Assembly (NCBI GenBank): GCA_010093605.1
Contig: MU004192.1
Span: forward strand, 628,882 to 692,881
Length of the DNA: 64,000 nucleotides
From: Lophium mytilinum
Lineage: Eukaryota
Reading direction: 5' to 3'
Shown here piece after piece: positions 59,400-64,000 of the stretch (position 1 is the stretch's first letter; every line of letters begins with the position of its first letter). The notes below the pieces were generated by a model. That model had not been told where the DNA came from, ran no database searches, and was given only the letters and a program-made list of their open reading frames with translations. The translations under genes and the position numbers were made by a program.

Positions 59400-60209
59400 C
59401 AGCCTCGGGAAATGGGTAAGTTCGTTCGCCATTCTCATTCCTGGCTTCATCAGCCTCTCTTCCCTCCTCATCCTCATCCATCAGTCCACACTACTCACAG
59501 ATCATCCCCAGACTTATCTGCTAGGGGCTAGTATTTCCGCGGCACCCATGGCTCCGCCTCACAGGTACGCGTCTCGCCCGGGCTACCCTGATCCAGCACG
59601 TCCGCCCCACTTCCCCAGCACTTGAACACGTCGTTTATGAAGTCGCAGCACACTCCTGTACGAGGGCGGGGGATGGCGGGCGAGGTGTTGAATGCGGCGA
59701 TGAGGCGGTTGCGCAAGCGAGTTAGGGAAGCCATCCTGGAGGGTGTTAGATTATGGTAGAGTTATTTTGGCAAATGGTGCGGATGGAGAAGCGCTCGAGT
59801 ACAGGACGCGGTGAAGAAAAAGCCTTATACCTACAATATGGGAATGATGCAGCTGAGACAACGACAGAACTGTAGGGACCAAGTCCCACTTTGGCGTGCG
59901 TCTACTTTCCATACGCCTCCCGCATATGAAGCCTAGCTGGCGGGCGTTTCAGAAGCACAGCTGTGAAGGAGTTGTACCAGCGAAGCTGCATGTATGTGGG
60001 ACTGAAGTGGGAGGTATGCGCGGCTTATTGCTCGGTCTTTTGCTGTTCGAAGCCGAGCTCGACAAATGCAGGTATGCGCCCTTCTGATTCGAGGATAGCA
60101 CAAATCTCTTCGATGATAACGTCAATCAGAAGGCCTTGCTTGATGACTGCTTGGATCAAGGTCTGTTATGTGTATAAGGACAGATTGTAGCGTATCGTCA
60201 GGTCTTTCA
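59400..60209 (-). pseudogene. Decayed C-terminal DUF3425-like portion of the bZIP gene
   Basis: Fragments NARQLG, DLVPT..HH, RNRLIAA, DFINDVFKCWG, EAEPW..RKY*, WMRMRRE, separated by stops (60166, 60025, 59528) and frameshifts. Confidence 0.65.
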
Positions 60210-61129
60210 GTGGCTTCTGAAGATCTCCACTTCGGGGGTCGAATAGTGGAATCGTGGACTTCGTTCCTGCATCTAGATAAGCCTAAGGACAGGTAGAGAA
60301 GTTGCAGAAGAGACGTACAGGACTAGGGGTGTTGCTTGCACTTCCTAAATTCAGCCCTCCTAGTGATAGATTACCATCCATGTTGAAGGTAGGCTCGAAA
60401 GCCGGATCTGTAGCTGGTTGGTAGGTAATCATGGGTGGATTCTGATGGTAAAATGGTTCGCGAGAGTAGTATGGTACTGATGTAATCCAGGGTTGGTGGG
60501 CCCAGGGTTCTGCATAGCTTTCGAGGTTATGGCTCTGATTGGGATATGAAACAGGAGGCCAAGTGGGGTCTGGGCTGTTGTAAGTCTGCGGACATACATG
60601 TCCCAACGGTGACTCATGATAGCCAACCGTATTTGACACCGATCCCGTCTGGGTGTAATTTCCCTCAGCAAGGGGTTGTAGTTGCACAGAGCGAAGGTGA
60701 GGAGATACATCATGACCAAGTCCGAGGGACAATTGGTCATCTAGAGCCGGTTCCGGGGATCCGGTAGAAGAGCCTGGGCCACTCGATGATGGATCATTTT
60801 CGAGGAGTTGCTCTAGAAACTGGAGCTTCCTCTTTCGCTTCTCGCCTGCGAAAGCCAAACGAATTAGTACAGACCGTCAAGCAACTGAGCCACATATATG
60901 GGTACCTACGGTAATTTCTCGAAGCTATGCGGTTCTGTTGCTTGCGTGCTTCGCTATTGACTTTAGTTGGCTTGGGTGTCGGAGAAACCGAGGGTTTCCT
61001 GATCACCGTCTCTCTTGCATGAGCATCGGGCACCGTTGTAGAGCGTGTTCGTCTAGGTCTATAGGTGGCGATGGTTTCTTCTTCTACTGAGCGAACTGCT
61101 CTGTCCTGAATCTGATAAGTTGGTACCAT
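60210..61129 (-). CDS. bZIP transcription factor, apparently truncated before its DUF3425-like domain
   Basis: ARKQQNRIASRNYR, intron, EKRKRKLQFLEQLL basic/zipper region. After the intron at about 60270-60318 the frame closes within about 20 codons. Confidence 0.7.
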
Positions 61130-63115
61130 GGCCCTAGCGGGTTGCGATTTGGTATAGCTAAGCGTGCAGAAGACGGTCGAATACTGCGAGAGATGGTTAA
61201 AAGTAGTGGCATGGAAATGAAATAATAAGGGATGCTGACGCCTCTCGGATAACGCGTATATATGTATTCGCGCTCGGGTCAAAGCGGGGATATTACGCGT
61301 ATTTTGTGAAGGCAAACTTAGATAAAAGCTTTATAATCTCTGCCAAATTTAGTATTTGAGAAAATGGCCAAGGGCTCGCTTGATGATGACATCCCTGGCA
61401 TGAGGTACCCCAGCCCTGCGGTGAGGGCGTACCCAGCGCCTGGTCTCATTCGGGCCACAACGCGAGCTCAGACGCAATGTTCGACATGGCTAAGCGGGCA
61501 TGCCGAGATCAACGTCTTGGCTGAGAGACCGCGGCTATTCTCATTGGCGCTCTGTCAGTCATGCAGCTGAAATGCTCCGAGCATGGGATTAGGTGGATTA
61601 GAATCGCGATTGAAGCGCGAAGGACGCGGGGGTTGCAGGCTTCCCGCGTTCCTGAGATTGCTGGCGTCAGCAGTCCCGATTCACGCCAACGGCGATCGGA
61701 AACGCGGCGTGTAGCGGTGACCAGCAGGGCGGTACCAGTGCTTGAAAATATGACTGGAGGCGGTCCCGCATGGCAACCTTGTTTCGACCTTACCGGTGTG
61801 CTTTGCTTGGAACCAGAAGCTTGTTCCTAGGCTTGTCTCGAGTTGGATAATGCTGGAGCACCTATCTTGGCTGTGATTGTGATGATGGCAAGATACACCC
61901 TCTGATCCCTACTGATATTCGCTGCGGATGATAAGAGACATTGGGTCGTTTATCGAGTATGTTCTGACACATGTATCTTGATGTGGAGAACCTTAGCTAG
62001 GACCTTATCTCGAACGATGATATCAGGAGCAGTGTGTACTTGGCAGATGTGTCTCGAAGCGTTACACAACTAGGCGAGTCAGCTCCGAGGGTTTGCGATT
62101 GTACAGTACGTCTATGGTTCCTTTTGACCCCGATGAATAACAGCCTATCAGATGGAGTTTGCTGATCCGTCAGTATAGCTACTCAAGGCTGGCCAAAGGG
62201 ATCGTCGGGCCTGGTTGCTCCTTTGCAACATGCGAAGATTAGTAACGAGCACGTATAAAATTGCTCATGAATAGACTCTGCGCAACAGAATGAAGGACGC
62301 GTCTGCTGACATCAGATGAGAAATGCGGGTTTCTTGATCAGTGCAGTGTTATAAGACAGGCTGAGTAGAAATAAGGTGTTGTCTAGTCCTGCTAGTGCAC
62401 GAAGCTTGGCATGCAAGGGTAAAACAAGGCCCCTTGCAAAGTGGTAGTGTACGAATCTGTCCTTTGATTCCACAATTTCATATGCTCTTGCAAAATACTC
62501 CCCAAAGGATATTGCACGCTTGCTTAGCATGGCTTGAATCTGATACGGTTAAAAAATCGTAAAACAACATTTTCACAAGGTCGATAGCTTTCCGGGCCAC
62601 CTCAGACGGTATTGAACTCCTACAATTCCCTCCACCAATTCTAATCATAGACTCTCAAACAAGCTTGTCGGCACGCAGCACGCCGAGACGACAGGGAAGT
62701 TGTGCTGTAGCAGGGTCATTGTTCTAGCTTGCGCAAACGTCGGGCCATGTACGGTAGGAGCGGAATGCATGGTATATACTGTAACGTTACCATAGAAGCA
62801 AACGACCAATTTCCACCGTGGATCTGTGACTGTGAACCTAATCGCAGACTTGTCAGTTGCTCTCAAAATAGAACTATAAAATGGGCTGAAGTTTCATTGG
62901 TCGAACCGCGCAAAGCACGGAGCGTCCAGCCAACTCGCCTGGCACGCTTCTTACTGCATATGTATGGCGCAGTTATGCAGACCCCCTACTGCATTTCACC
63001 TACACACTCCTCGCGTTTCTTTCCGCTTGCCCTCCTTAGTACGTGTCACAACTCACTAAACGGAGGGCTTTCATGCCTAAAGGACACAAATCCGCTTCGA
63101 GTTGATCTCCCAATC

Positions 63116-64000
63116 ATGCTTACGCGACGAATCCCCGTCCGTTTAGCCCTGGCCTCTGGAATAGCAATCTTCGTTCTTTACTACGTCTACATACTGCAAC
63201 TACAACCCCCAACAGAAATTGAGCCTGGAAGATTTGAACATGAGTTCAAAACTGATGCGATCAACGTTGCCGAAAAGGAGCTAGTAGTCGCAAGTCTTCG
63301 TGGAGATGACACTTCGTGGCTAGACGATTTCTTTCCCAGTTGGATCAAGAATGTTTACGTGGCCAACGACCACACAGCGATTCTCACTGTTCCCACAAAC
63401 AAAGGCAGAGAAGCAATGGTCAGTATCTTCACATAAGATTTGGCATGGTGTATTGATAAGAAATACATAGGCATATTTAACGTACGATTCATTCCTTAAC
63501 CCACGCGATTTAAGGTAATTGTCTCACTCCATTCATTTAGATACATTATCGACCGCTACGATGATCTTCCAGACGTGGTCATCTTCATTCATAGCTTGCG
63601 TTATCAATGGCACAATGAGGATCCCATGTACGGTAAGTTCGACCCCACATAGAAGCACAGCACTTTTGCAGGCGTCTAACAGCTTGGTAGACGGCGTGCC
63701 AGTCCTCCGCAATCTCCAACTTAACCACGTGAAGAGACGGGGTTATGTCGCACTTCGCTGCTCCTGGACTATGGGCTGTCCTTCCGAATTGCACCCATTG
63801 AAGCCCAGCTCAGACAACGATGATCGATCTAAGAACGAAGCAGCATACGCTTCCGTCTTCAAAACCTTGTTTCCCAATTCGACAGTTCCCGAGGTAGTGG
63901 GAGCTCACTGCTCCTCGCAATTCGCTGTATCCCGCGAGCGGGTTCGCGAAAGATCAAAAGCCGAATATGAGAACATCAGAAAGTGGCTCTTGGAGACCGA
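63116..64000 (+). CDS. DUF3431 family type II membrane protein (runs off the window end)
   Basis: N-terminal TM, LVVASL, PTNKGREAM, 11-nt exon 63471-63481 (AYLT), YIIDRYDDLPD..FIHS.RYQWHNED, GYVALRC.W..GCP, CSSQFAVSRERV. Confidence 0.9.

Noticed and set aside
62312..62530. 72-aa minus-strand ORF
   Set aside because: Short, with no recognisable motif or splice context.

Overview
Eukaryotic DNA from a filamentous ascomycete, probably a Dothideomycete (inferred): short GT-AG introns with CTAAC/CTGAC branch sites and RIP-type mutation. About 19 protein genes and one intron-containing tRNA-Thr(AGT) are supported. Housekeeping-type genes include a PRISE-like SDR, an aldo-keto reductase, ETP1/BRAP2, CDC4, HOP1, MOSC, a histidine phosphatase, Zn2Cys6 and bZIP regulators and a DUF3431 protein. 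Two things stand out. (1) A compact, nearly intron-free four-gene block at 33.0-41.2 kb encodes an atypical kinase-like protein, a Nudix hydrolase, a HeLo-like/Cys-rich/ankyrin protein and a bacterial-type TagD-like cytidylyltransferase fused to a Gfo/Idh/MocA domain. It is a candidate nucleotide-based metabolic or defence module; the functional link is inference only. (2) A 5.3-kb RIP-destroyed Tc1-like (DD34E) transposon at 49.7-55.0 kb has 187-bp TIRs, no TA target duplication and about 4 kb of cargo. Smaller observations are a 6-nt microexon inside a Zn2Cys6 cluster and a bZIP gene whose DUF3425-like half is pseudogenised. All calls come from reading motifs by eye; no database searches were run.
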